A DNA stretch of 64,000 nt from Candidatus Actinomarina sp. (GTDB lineage: Bacteria; Actinomycetota; Acidimicrobiia; Actinomarinales; Actinomarinaceae), in NCBI GenBank assembly GCA_045563135.1, contig JBJKUL010000001.1, positions 598,650 to 662,649 of the forward strand, in the 5' to 3' direction. Position numbers and translations under genes: made by a program. Under the pieces are notes generated by a model. The model saw nothing but the letters and a program-made list of their open reading frames with translations, was not told where the DNA came from and searched no databases. How positions within the stretch are numbered: position 1 is the stretch's first letter; the number at the start of each line of letters is the position of its first letter. Of the stretch, positions 9,675-18,657 are shown piece after piece.

Positions 9675-10385
9675 CTATCTTGGCTTTACTGTTGAAAATC
9701 CTCCATCAACGTGGATGGTTTGGCCTGTTATCCATTTTGAATCATCAGAAAGTAGCCATCTTACTACTGGAATTATATCACTTGAATCCCCTATTTTTGG
9801 AATGGGATGCATAGATTTTGAGACCTCCACTGCTGATTCGGAAGCGAGTATTTTTTGGGACATATTTGAGTCCATAATACTTGGAGCAATTGCATTAACT
9901 CTTAGGTTATCTTTAGCATAACTTGCTGCTGCTGATCTTACGAAGCCTTCAATTCCTGCTTTTGCAGCAGATATTAACTCATGGTTCGATAAACCCTTAG
10001 TTGCGGCAACAGATGAGAAAAATATTGCAGAACCGTTTTTCATTTTTCTGGCGAATGCTGATAAAAGGTAATACGATGAAAATAAATTAGTATTAATAAC
10101 ATCGTTAAAATCTTCAATTGTAGATCCATGCAAAGGTTTTAAATGAATAGATCCTATACAATTTATTAGTCCTGTTATCTCATCAATTTCTATAGTTTGT
10201 GAGTATGCTTTTGTGGGCATCGGATTGGTTAAATCTAGAGTGCTGTATGTAGCGTCTATTTCATCTGCTAAGGTACTGAGTTTTTCTACACTTCTACCAA
10301 TTAAGTGTATCTTAGAACTTTTTGATAATTCCCTAGCTATTGCTGAACCCGTAGTTCCAGTAGCGCCTGCAATAATATATGTCAT
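9675..10385 (-). CDS. Short-chain dehydrogenase/reductase family protein (atypical)
   Basis: It has a Rossmann motif AGATGTTGSAIA and a LRVNAIAPS segment. The expected YxxxK reads ISAAK, with Ile at the catalytic Tyr position by my manual alignment. Confidence 0.65.
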   Translation of the reverse strand: MTYIIAGATGTTGSAIARELSKSSKIHLIGRSVEKLSTLADEIDATYSTLDLTNPMPTKAYSQTIEIDEITGLINCIGSIHLKPLHGSTIEDFNDVINTNLFSSYYLLSAFARKMKNGSAIFFSSVAATKGLSNHELISAAKAGIEGFVRSAAASYAKDNLRVNAIAPSIMDSNMSQKILASESAVEVSKSMHPIPKIGDSSDIIPVVRWLLSDDSKWITGQTIHVDGGFSTVKPR

Positions 10386-10409
10386 GTTGATATATTAATA
10401 AGTAGTTGT

Positions 10410-11678
10410 TTAATCAGTAAATGAATTTGTTCTTGAAACTTTGCCAAACCAATAAGCAGATTGGTGTGGTTTTCTTGCAAAAGTATCTCTATCTATTTCT
10501 ACAAGGCCGAAATTCATATTGTAACCAAGATCCCATTCAAAATTATCTAGAAGTGACCAGTATAAGTAACCTATTACCTTGTCTGATCCTTGATTGTATT
10601 CGTGTACATCTTTCAATACATCTTTAACAAACTCGATTCGTTCATCATCATTATCTGTAGCAATACCGTTTTCTGTAATGAATATATCTTTATCAGGGAA
10701 TTTTTCATGTATTCTATGGAGATTATATTTAATAGCTTCAGGCCTATACTCGTATCCCATTTTTGTTTTGCGTACAGACTTAGCAACATAATCATTTCTT
10801 CCTGAGAACGCATCTAAGAATAGAGGGAATATTCTATTTCTTAAAAAAGGGATTTTGATAAGAAAGGCTGCAACAGAGCGATATATTAGATTGGGACTCG
10901 TTCTTTTAATCGAATACGTTTGTAAACCTATAAAATCATCTTGATCTGATGCAAAAAAGAATTTATCTTCGAGATGATATTTAAGATATTGATTAAATAC
11001 ACTTTTATCTTTATCATCCCATTCGTGAAGAGCGTGAGTCATACCAACTTTGGCATTACTATTTTTATTTTTAATTACTTCTAAAGATTGTTTGTGTGCA
11101 TTTATTATATTTTCAGAAGCAGAAATAAATATTTTTTCATTTCTAATCCCAGGAGGAAATTTAGCTTTAGAGAAATATCCAAACATACTAAAAATACCGG
11201 GTTCATTAATTGTATTGTAATATACAACTTCAGAAGGAAGATAATCCATCATTTTCGATACATAATCGACAAATGCATCAGTAGTTTTAGAGGAGGCCCA
11301 GTATCCATATTTAGCAAGCCAATCTGGTGAAGTGAAGTGATGGAAAGTGATTATTGGAGTAATATTTTTTGACAAAAGTTGTTTTGATTTTTCAACATAA
11401 TATTCAATCTCTTCTTCGTTAAAAATATTTTCTTCTGGCTGTATCCTGCTCCATTCCATAGAAAATCGGAAAGCTTTAATACCTAATTTTTCAAGTAAAT
11501 TAATATCGTCTTCTAAATACTCATAATGTTTACATGCTTCATTACATGGTTCTGCGCATACTGTGTTCACCTTATTTTCCCAGTGAGTCCAGTCATTATT
11601 GTAGATGCCACCTTCCACTTGATATGAAGCAACCGCAGTTCCAAATATGAAATCATCCGAAAATTTATAATCAATCAT
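10410..11678 (-). CDS. Glycoside hydrolase family 1 beta-glucosidase
   Basis: It has the GH1 acid/base motif TINEP and nucleophile motif ITENG, plus an N-terminal GTAVASYQVEG. Confidence 0.85.
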   Translation of the reverse strand: MIDYKFSDDFIFGTAVASYQVEGGIYNNDWTHWENKVNTVCAEPCNEACKHYEYLEDDINLLEKLGIKAFRFSMEWSRIQPEENIFNEEEIEYYVEKSKQLLSKNITPIITFHHFTSPDWLAKYGYWASSKTTDAFVDYVSKMMDYLPSEVVYYNTINEPGIFSMFGYFSKAKFPPGIRNEKIFISASENIINAHKQSLEVIKNKNSNAKVGMTHALHEWDDKDKSVFNQYLKYHLEDKFFFASDQDDFIGLQTYSIKRTSPNLIYRSVAAFLIKIPFLRNRIFPLFLDAFSGRNDYVAKSVRKTKMGYEYRPEAIKYNLHRIHEKFPDKDIFITENGIATDNDDERIEFVKDVLKDVHEYNQGSDKVIGYLYWSLLDNFEWDLGYNMNFGLVEIDRDTFARKPHQSAYWFGKVSRTNSFTD

Positions 11679-12039
11679 AACGATAAATAATATATGTAAT
11701 AGCTATATATGCAACCTGAATTATGAATCTATAAAAGTGTTGTAGATTAGTGAATGTACGATTTCCGTATGGTAAACCCTCAATCCAAACATACAAATTT
11801 GCGCCATAAATTATTACTAAAAAAATAATCATAAATAATGCAGCTTCGTTTTTGTATTTAGTCAGAAACAATAGAGGAACCACAATTTCCAATACGCCGG
11901 TGAATTGGTGCACAAATCGTGGCATCGGTATGAAAGTTGGGACTAAAGCATCATAGAATGAGGGGTTTAAAAAATGATTTATACCTGCAAATACAAAAAA
12001 TACAATATATGCATATGTAATTAACTTAATTACATCCAA
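11671..12039 (-). CDS. Small integral membrane protein (DoxX-like, tentative)
   Basis: It is 122 aa with 3-4 hydrophobic helices. It is coupled at both ends by overlaps (ATGA with the beta-glucosidase start). It terminates with TGA at 11671-11673. Confidence 0.4.
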   Translation of the reverse strand: MDVIKLITYAYIVFFVFAGINHFLNPSFYDALVPTFIPMPRFVHQFTGVLEIVVPLLFLTKYKNEAALFMIIFLVIIYGANLYVWIEGLPYGNRTFTNLQHFYRFIIQVAYIAITYIIYRYD

Positions 12040-13496
12040 TTTTTTGCTTTCTCTATGGCTTTATTCCAACGTGATAGATAATTTTCACGCAATTTTCCAT
12101 TCATATTTGGAGCCCATGTTTGGCTTCTATTAACTTTGTTAACAATACTCTCTAAAGGTATCTGATTAATAAAATAAAAAGAAGCTAACGCAGCACCAAA
12201 AGCAGTTACTTCTTTTATTTTTAACGATTGTATATTTAAATCGCTTATATCAGATTGAAACTGCATAAGAAGATTATTGGCAGTCATACCCCCGTCAACA
12301 GATATTGATGAAAGTTTTAAATTTAAATCCAATTCAAACGCTTTTGTTAACTCATAGTTTTGAAATCCAACAGACTCTAAAACAGCCCTTGCAATATGTG
12401 ATTTATTTGAGTGTCCTGTCATACCAACAAGTGTTCCACGAGCAGTTGGATCCCAATGTGGAGAAAATAGTCCTGAAAATGCTGGAACGAAATATACTCC
12501 CCCATTATCTTTTACTAAAAGTGCTAATTTTTCGATATCAGAACTTTTGTCTATTAACCCTATATTATCTCTTAACCATTGAACAGATGAGCCAGCAACA
12601 GCAACGGAACCTTCAAGTGCATAAACTGGAGGTTTGCCCTCAATTTGATAACCAACAGTAGAAATTAGACCATTATTTGAAGAAATGATTTCATTGCCTG
12701 TATTGACTAAAAGGAAACAACCCGTTCCATATGTATTTTTACTGTCTCCTACCTTGAATGCTTTATGCCCAAATAAAGAGGCTTGCTGATCACCAAGAAC
12801 AGCTGTAATAGGTACATTTTTAATAATAGATGTATCTTCTGCAAAACAATACATTGATGGCTTTATTTCAGGGAGTGAAGATTTTGGTATATTAAAATAC
12901 TCTATAATTTTTGGATTCCAAGAAAGAGTTTCTAAATCAAAAATAAGTGTACGACTTGCATTGGTAACATCCGTTAGATGTTTACCTGTTAATTTATAAA
13001 GTATCCATGAATCAATTGTACCGAAACATAAGTCCTCATTTTCAGCAGCGAATTTAACATCGTCTACATTTCTTAATAGCCATAAAATTTTCGATAATGA
13101 AAAATAAGTAGCAACTGGAAGACCTGTATTTTTAAAATCAGATTGCAATTCATTAATTTCAACTATTTCATCACAAATATCTTGTGTTCTAGTGTCTTGC
13201 CAAACTATTGCATTGTAAAATGGCTTACCTGTTGATTTTGACCAAGCAACAGTTGTTTCTCTTTGATTAGTAATTCCTATTGAAGAAAGTTTATTCAGAT
13301 CAAACTTTTTAGCTACTTCTGATATACAAGTACTGACGCTCTCCCATATTTCGTCGGGATTGTGTTCAACGTAATTTGGTTCAGGGTAAATTTGTTCAAT
13401 TTCAATTTGGTGAATGGCAATCTGATTTTCTTCGCTATCAAATATAGCAAATCTTGTACTTGTTGTACCTTGATCAATTGCACCAAAATATTCCAT
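12030..13496 (-). CDS. glpK: Glycerol kinase
   Basis: It has the FGGY kinase N-terminus AIDQGTTSTRFAIF, NQRETTVAW, and C-terminal GGMTANNLLMQFQSD. Confidence 0.9.
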   Translation of the reverse strand: MEYFGAIDQGTTSTRFAIFDSEENQIAIHQIEIEQIYPEPNYVEHNPDEIWESVSTCISEVAKKFDLNKLSSIGITNQRETTVAWSKSTGKPFYNAIVWQDTRTQDICDEIVEINELQSDFKNTGLPVATYFSLSKILWLLRNVDDVKFAAENEDLCFGTIDSWILYKLTGKHLTDVTNASRTLIFDLETLSWNPKIIEYFNIPKSSLPEIKPSMYCFAEDTSIIKNVPITAVLGDQQASLFGHKAFKVGDSKNTYGTGCFLLVNTGNEIISSNNGLISTVGYQIEGKPPVYALEGSVAVAGSSVQWLRDNIGLIDKSSDIEKLALLVKDNGGVYFVPAFSGLFSPHWDPTARGTLVGMTGHSNKSHIARAVLESVGFQNYELTKAFELDLNLKLSSISVDGGMTANNLLMQFQSDISDLNIQSLKIKEVTAFGAALASFYFINQIPLESIVNKVNRSQTWAPNMNGKLRENYLSRWNKAIEKAKNWM

Positions 13497-13569
13497 GTAA
13501 TAATTATAACAAGTCAGTTTTTTCTTAATTTTAATAACTTCATTAATAAATACTCTTTAAAGTACTTGT

Positions 13570-14319
13570 ATGGAATTTTCTTTAGAATTTGATACTTACG
13601 TAATCCTATTTATTGCAGCTTTTCTAGCTTCGTTAATTGATTCTATAGCTGGAGGTGGAGGTTTGCTCACAACTCCTGCAATGTTATTAGTAGGTATTAG
13701 CCCGTTAAATACACTTGCTACAAATAAATTTCAGTCATGTTTTGGTACTTTTACTTCTACGTATAATTATTACAAAAACGGACTTCTAACTGAACCTAGA
13801 AGGTTTCTATATTTCTTTTTATCTTTTGGAGGTTCTATGGTTGGTACTTTTCTTGTTAGTCGAATATCTAATGAAGTGCTTGAAAGCATAATCCCAATAC
13901 TCCTTATCTCTGCTGCAGTTTTTTTTATTCTTAATAGAGGCCCATCAACATCTAATAAGAGTAGCTCTCTGATTTTTATTTTTAATGTGATAGTTGTTTT
14001 GATTGGATTTTATGATGGTTTTTTTGGTCCAGGTACAGGTTCTTTCTTTGTTTTGGCATTCGTAATCATAAAGGGCATTTCAATAATGGAGGCTACTGCT
14101 ATTACAAAATTGTTAAATTTTGCTTCTAATTTTGCAGCATTCATAATTTTTGCTTTAAAGGGATATGTAATATGGGAATTAGGGTTAATAATGGCGGTCG
14201 CACAAATTGGCGGCGCTAATTTAGGTTCTAGATTTGCGATTACTAATGGTGAAAAAGTTGTTAGACCTGTTCTGGTAATTGTTTCAATCTTATTGTCAAT
14301 AAGAATACTGTTTGGCTAA
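13570..14319 (+). CDS. TauE/SafE (TSUP) family sulfite/anion exporter
   Basis: It is a 249-aa polytopic membrane protein with IAGGGGLLTTPAM near the N-terminus and a repeated GxGxG half typical of TSUP. Confidence 0.75.
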   Translation: MEFSLEFDTYVILFIAAFLASLIDSIAGGGGLLTTPAMLLVGISPLNTLATNKFQSCFGTFTSTYNYYKNGLLTEPRRFLYFFLSFGGSMVGTFLVSRISNEVLESIIPILLISAAVFFILNRGPSTSNKSSSLIFIFNVIVVLIGFYDGFFGPGTGSFFVLAFVIIKGISIMEATAITKLLNFASNFAAFIIFALKGYVIWELGLIMAVAQIGGANLGSRFAITNGEKVVRPVLVIVSILLSIRILFG

Positions 14320-14324
14320 ATTGA

Positions 14325-14585
14325 CTAAATCCCATTCCTTTGTCCGAATGGACCAATGATTGTCCCCATAATGAACCCATAAATAAAACCATAAGTGAGT
14401 CCAATTTTTAAATACTTTATACATTCGTTTTTAAAAGCAAGATTTTTATCATCAGCCTGATAAAAGCGGAATCTGTAATCTCTTGATACGAGATGTCTAA
14501 CAAAAGGATAGCAATAAAAAATAAATCCTATCCCTATACCGGATAAACCTCCCTGGATAATTCTTGAAAGCACAACTTCTACCAT
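14325..14585 (-). CDS. Hypothetical small membrane protein
   Basis: It is an 86-aa ORF with two hydrophobic segments and no recognisable family. Confidence 0.4.
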   Translation of the reverse strand: MVEVVLSRIIQGGLSGIGIGFIFYCYPFVRHLVSRDYRFRFYQADDKNLAFKNECIKYLKIGLTYGFIYGFIMGTIIGPFGQRNGI

Positions 14586-14639
14586 TATCTTAATTTAAAG
14601 GTTCGAATTATTAATAGGTAATTGAAACTGAAAATATGT

Positions 14640-14671
14640 AAAAAAGAGTCCGATTTCTCGAACTCTTTTTT
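14640..14671 (-). terminator. Intrinsic terminator downstream of the glycosylase gene
   Basis: AAAAAGAGTcCGA-TTTC-TCGaACTCTTTTTT forms a stem flanked by A-run and T-run, so it can act on either strand. It lies between two minus-strand genes. Confidence 0.6.
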
Positions 14672-14739
14672 GAGGTAACAGGCTTATTACCTAATCGAAT
14701 AATAACTTAGAATGCGATTTTAGTAACTAATAATATTAC

Positions 14740-15339
14740 TTATTTATTAAGAGATGCCCATAAGTGTATTGAAGCAATTGAACGATAGGGTGCCCATTTT
14801 TCAGAGTACTTATCATAAACAGCCTCTGATGAATTGGGTTTTACCATCCCAGCGATCTCCATGCTTTTCCTCAATGCTGCATCTTTAGATGAGAAAATAT
14901 CTGTATAACCTAACCTAAATAATTTGAACATCTGAAGAGACCATGGGCCAACTCCATATATTGAAAGTAGCATTTCATCTAGCTCAGCTTCTGAGAAAGA
15001 ATTGAGCTTATATGCGAGATTTAATTCTTGAAAAGTTGTAGAAATTTCCTTAATTGATTTAGATTTGTTAGTTGATAAACCTAATGATTTTATTTCTTTA
15101 ATGCTTAAGTTTATAAATTGAGAAGGGGTAAAGGTATTAGCTTTGAAATGAATTAAGATTTTTTTTGAAATAGCCGCTGCTGCTGTTGTTGAGATAAATT
15201 GGGAAATTACAATATTTATCATTGAATTAAAATAAGAAGTTTTACTGGGTTTGAAAGTGATTGAGTTATTTTTTTGAATAACACTTTTTAAAAACTTATC
15301 TTTTTTCATTAAATAAATTTCCTCGTCGGAATATTTCAT
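14740..15339 (-). CDS. DNA-3-methyladenine glycosylase II-like (HhH-GPD superfamily)
   Basis: It has the HhH-GPD signature region LLSIYGVGPWSLQMF and a C-terminal WAPYRSIASIHLW. Confidence 0.7.
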   Translation of the reverse strand: MKYSDEEIYLMKKDKFLKSVIQKNNSITFKPSKTSYFNSMINIVISQFISTTAAAAISKKILIHFKANTFTPSQFINLSIKEIKSLGLSTNKSKSIKEISTTFQELNLAYKLNSFSEAELDEMLLSIYGVGPWSLQMFKLFRLGYTDIFSSKDAALRKSMEIAGMVKPNSSEAVYDKYSEKWAPYRSIASIHLWASLNK

Positions 15340-15398
15340 ACATTAGATAGTAGTAAGGATAAATGTTCGAAAATTGTTTTTAATGTTAGAATTACAAG

Positions 15399-16100
15399 AT
15401 GGTAACTCCACACATTAATGCAGAAAATGGTGCTTTTGCTGAAGCCATCTTATTACCGGGTGATCCTCTTAGAGCTAAATTTATTGCAGATACTTTTTTT
15501 AGTAACGTTAAAGAAGTTACAAATGTACGCAATATTTTAGGATTTACTGGTACATATAAAGATAAGCGTGTATCAGTAATGGGAACAGGAATGGGTATTC
15601 CATCTATTTCGATATATGCAAAAGAATTAATCACTGAATACAATGTTAAATCTCTAATTAGAGTTGGAAGCTCGGGATCAATTGCTGATCATTTAGCCCT
15701 TGGAGATATAGTTGTAGGTGTTGGTGCTTCAACAGATTCAGGTGTTAATAGGTCTAGGTTTTTTGATGCAGATTTCTCTGCAACTGCATCTTGGAACTTA
15801 TTACATAACTTTGTACATACTGCGGAGAAGTTAAATAAGAATGTTCATGTTGGAAATATTTTTTCTGGTGATTTATTTTATGACCCTAGAAAAGAAACTT
15901 TTGAAGTAATGAAACAAATGGGAATACTTGCTGTTGAAATGGAAGCTGCTGGGTTATATGGAGTTGCAGCTGAATATGATGCTAATGCTCTAGCAGTTGC
16001 AACTGTATCAGATGTTATTTCTAAAAATCTTCAAATGTCTTCTGAAGAAAGAGAAATAGGGCTGAAAACTATGGTTGAAATTACTCTAGATTCGCTTTAG
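15399..16100 (+). CDS. deoD: Purine nucleoside phosphorylase DeoD type
   Basis: The N-terminus TPHINAENGAFAEAILLPGDPLRAKFIA and SVMGTGMGIPSISIY closely match E. coli DeoD as I recall it. Confidence 0.9.
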   Translation: MVTPHINAENGAFAEAILLPGDPLRAKFIADTFFSNVKEVTNVRNILGFTGTYKDKRVSVMGTGMGIPSISIYAKELITEYNVKSLIRVGSSGSIADHLALGDIVVGVGASTDSGVNRSRFFDADFSATASWNLLHNFVHTAEKLNKNVHVGNIFSGDLFYDPRKETFEVMKQMGILAVEMEAAGLYGVAAEYDANALAVATVSDVISKNLQMSSEEREIGLKTMVEITLDSL

Positions 16101-16106
16101 CTAAAA

Positions 16107-17147
16107 TTAAAACTTTTCTAACAATTCGTGTTTTTTAATATCCTTTACAAAACCAGCTTCAATAGTTTTGTAGGTAATTTCACGTATCTGATTTTCAGAA
16201 AAATTAAAAGCATCAACTAGGTTTTGTACCTCATTAGACATTGATGTATTGCTCATAAGTCTGTTATCTGTGTTTATGGTTACATTAAAACCAGCATCAT
16301 AAAGCTTCTTAAAAGGATGTTCAGAAATAGACTCACAAGAACCACATTGCATGTTTGATGTTGGACACAGTTCTAGTGCGATTTTATTTTCATAAACATA
16401 GCGTGCAGCTTCATTTTTAAAATGTAAATTCCCATTGTCAAAACTGAAGTCATCTATTATCTGAGAACCATGGCCTATTCTATGAGCTTTAAGATCTAAG
16501 ATTACCTCGTGTATTCCCTCTGGAACCTCCCAGTCTGCATGTAAGGTAACATTTACACTATTTTTATGAGCTATTTCTAATGCATCTCTGTGATTTAATG
16601 CAGAAAACCCAATTTCTGGTCCTGCTAGATCAAAAGCAAATATATCACTATTCTCAACACATAAACTTATAACCTCCTTTGAATTGTCCAAATGTCGCAT
16701 CGCACACAGAATTGCTCCTGCTGTAATATCGAATTGACTTTCACCATCTTTAATACCATGTAATACTGCGTTGACAACTTCAGTTGGGTTTAAACCTAAT
16801 TGACAGTGCACAAGTGGGGCAAAACGTAATTCAGAGTAGATAACTCCATCATTAGATAAATCTTCAAGAGCTTCTATTGTTACCCTATATATAGAGTCTG
16901 TATCTTGCATAACTGCAATAGTGTGTTCCCATGCTTCTAGGTTGAGAGCCAGAGACTTATTAGGTTTAGGTTGTATCCACTCAAGCAAATCTTGAGTATT
17001 AGTAGATGGGAGTTTGTTATAGTTTTGTTGATTAGCAAGTTCAATAAGAGTTGACACCCTTAGACCTCCATCAAGATGATCATGTAGTACAGCTTTTGGA
17101 ACTGTTTTTGCCCAATTACTCATGAAAACATTATATTGAAAATCCAC
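16107..17147 (-). CDS. add: Adenosine deaminase
   Basis: It has the metal-binding LHDHLDGGLR motif, HADWE, and TINTDN. The true start may be the internal MSNWAKT Met. Confidence 0.85.
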   Translation of the reverse strand: MDFQYNVFMSNWAKTVPKAVLHDHLDGGLRVSTLIELANQQNYNKLPSTNTQDLLEWIQPKPNKSLALNLEAWEHTIAVMQDTDSIYRVTIEALEDLSNDGVIYSELRFAPLVHCQLGLNPTEVVNAVLHGIKDGESQFDITAGAILCAMRHLDNSKEVISLCVENSDIFAFDLAGPEIGFSALNHRDALEIAHKNSVNVTLHADWEVPEGIHEVILDLKAHRIGHGSQIIDDFSFDNGNLHFKNEAARYVYENKIALELCPTSNMQCGSCESISEHPFKKLYDAGFNVTINTDNRLMSNTSMSNEVQNLVDAFNFSENQIREITYKTIEAGFVKDIKKHELLEKF

Positions 17148-17194
17148 ATCAGATATAGGAAGATTTTAAATAATATAATTGATATAATTTTTTC

Positions 17195-17413
17195 ATGAAA
17201 GATAAATTACCTTCAAAATTTACTGGATTTTTCATTGCATTAATAGGATCAGGCATGATTTTGAGTTTAATATCAAGTGGTATTGATAAATTGTTTTTGA
17301 AGAATTCAAATGTTTCGTTGTTAGGTGATGAAAATTTCGAATTAGTAATTTTAGTATTATCAATATTGATTGCTTTGTTATGGCTATTTAAAATAAGAAA
17401 TTTGAAAGACTAA
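17195..17413 (+). CDS. Hypothetical small membrane protein
   Basis: It is 72 aa with two hydrophobic helices, and its stop overlaps the convergent AKR stop. Confidence 0.35.
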   Translation: MKDKLPSKFTGFFIALIGSGMILSLISSGIDKLFLKNSNVSLLGDENFELVILVLSILIALLWLFKIRNLKD

Positions 17414-18306
17414 TCTACGAGTAACGGGTCTCCCCATTCCCAGGTTATTCCCCCACCTTTATTTTCTAATTTAATCATATCCATATCGGAATCTTCAATC
17501 GAAAATGAAAAATCAAAATTTTCTTTTAATCTTGGAATTTTTATAGTTTTGGGTAGTACAGAATAATCTTGTTGCAAAGCCCACTGTAATAATAATTGTG
17601 ATTCTGTAACAGAATATTTTGCAGCGAGTTGTTTGAATATTGAATTTTCAGATTTTACTTCATCTTCAAGTTCTTTAGTTTTAAGGCTATTTTCCCCTTC
17701 TTTATTTCTCCAAGTTGAAAGGGGTACCAAACTACTGTATGCAATAATATGTATATCCTTAGAATTTAAAAATTTCACTAATTCAGGTTGTTGTGCCCAA
17801 GGATGCAATTCAATTTGATTTGTGTCTGGTATTTGTAAGTCTAAGTCTATAAGTTCCTGAATATGCTTAATATTCCAGTTTGCAACGCCTGCATAGTGTA
17901 TTTTGTTATCTCTTTTGAGATCCAAAAGTGCTTTCCACTGTTCTTTCCTTGTGTTGTTTGCATGGGCTGAATGAATGAGATAAAGATCTACATACTCTAA
18001 TTCAAGTCGTTCTAAACTTTTATCGAATGATTCTATAACATCTTCATAAGTTTTTTGATTTTGTCCCCACATTTCATTACCAGGAAAAACTTTCGTTGTA
18101 ATGAATAGGTCAGCCCTTGCTACTAACTCCTCTGAAATAGCTTTCTTGATTCCTTCTGCCACACCTTTTTCGTTTCTGTAAACTTCAGCAGTATCAATAT
18201 GCCGATAACCAACTTTGATAGCTTCATATGTCATTTGTGCTGCTTCATCAGTTGACATCATATAGGTGCCTAGCCCTATTTGAGGTATTTTGTTATGTAT
18301 TGTCAT
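17410..18306 (-). CDS. Aldo/keto reductase
   Basis: AKR motifs are present: GLGTY, GYRHIDTAEVY, LYLIHS, NQIELHPW. Confidence 0.85.
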   Translation of the reverse strand: MTIHNKIPQIGLGTYMMSTDEAAQMTYEAIKVGYRHIDTAEVYRNEKGVAEGIKKAISEELVARADLFITTKVFPGNEMWGQNQKTYEDVIESFDKSLERLELEYVDLYLIHSAHANNTRKEQWKALLDLKRDNKIHYAGVANWNIKHIQELIDLDLQIPDTNQIELHPWAQQPELVKFLNSKDIHIIAYSSLVPLSTWRNKEGENSLKTKELEDEVKSENSIFKQLAAKYSVTESQLLLQWALQQDYSVLPKTIKIPRLKENFDFSFSIEDSDMDMIKLENKGGGITWEWGDPLLVD

Positions 18307-18324
18307 AATTCTCCCTACTGTAGT

Positions 18325-18357
18325 GAAAGAGGAGTTCAGACAGAGAACCCCTCCTTC
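18325..18357 (-). other. 13-bp hairpin in the 5' UTR of the AKR gene
   Basis: The minus-strand RNA GAAGGAGGGGUUC-UCUGUCU-GAACUCCUCUUUC forms 13 pairs including 2 G-U pairs. Those pairs would be A-C mismatches on the plus strand, so the structure is minus-strand specific. It lies about 20 nt upstream of the GGGAG SD. Confidence 0.35.
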
Positions 18358-18417
18358 TAATGCCTCATATCACAAGATGTATCAGCAACACAAGACAAAC
18401 TAAGTTTACTTGGTTTT

Positions 18418-18432
18418 CTGTATAAAATACAG
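18418..18432. promoter_or_regulatory. Palindrome CTGTATAAAATACAG (copy 1), an extended -10-like element or operator
   Basis: It is a perfect inverted repeat containing TGTATAAAAT, which resembles the extended -10 TGnTATAAT. The same core recurs 77 nt downstream. Confidence 0.3.
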
Positions 18433-18496
18433 TTGGCAAGTTTCTATCACTAGTACTTGCTAGGAAAAGGGGGTTTGCCGACTCCCTTTTCTATTT
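18433..18496 (+). ncRNA. Candidate small RNA (promoter-like palindrome, then stem, then terminator)
   Basis: Stem GCAAGT/ACTTGC is followed by a 10-bp hairpin GAAAAGGGGG-TTTGCCGA-CTCCCTTTTC (18464-18491) and then TATTT. No family was recognised. Confidence 0.25.
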
Positions 18497-18510
18497 GTAT
18501 AAAATACAAA
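18494..18510. promoter_or_regulatory. Palindrome TTTGTATAAAATACAAA (copy 2)
   Basis: It has the same TGTATAAAATACA core as copy 1 and lies about 25 nt upstream of the small basic ORF. Confidence 0.3.
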
Positions 18511-18532
18511 TTTATATAACTAATATGAGTTC

Positions 18533-18646
18533 ATGAAAGATTTTTCAATACCTGAACAGCGACGTCAAAAAAGGAAAAAAAAGCATGTCGCTAAAAGAAA
18601 AGGTCGATTTGATTTCAGAACTGGCCGAACGGGAAAAAGAAAATAA
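18533..18646 (+). CDS. Hypothetical 37-aa hyperbasic peptide
   Basis: The ORF runs from ATG to TAA and is not in the ORF track. It reads MKDFSIPEQRRQKRKKKHVAKRKGRFDFRTGRTGKRK, with about half the residues K/R. It ends 11 nt before the trhO start. Confidence 0.3.
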   Translation: MKDFSIPEQRRQKRKKKHVAKRKGRFDFRTGRTGKRK

Positions 18647-18657
18647 ATTATTTAAAA

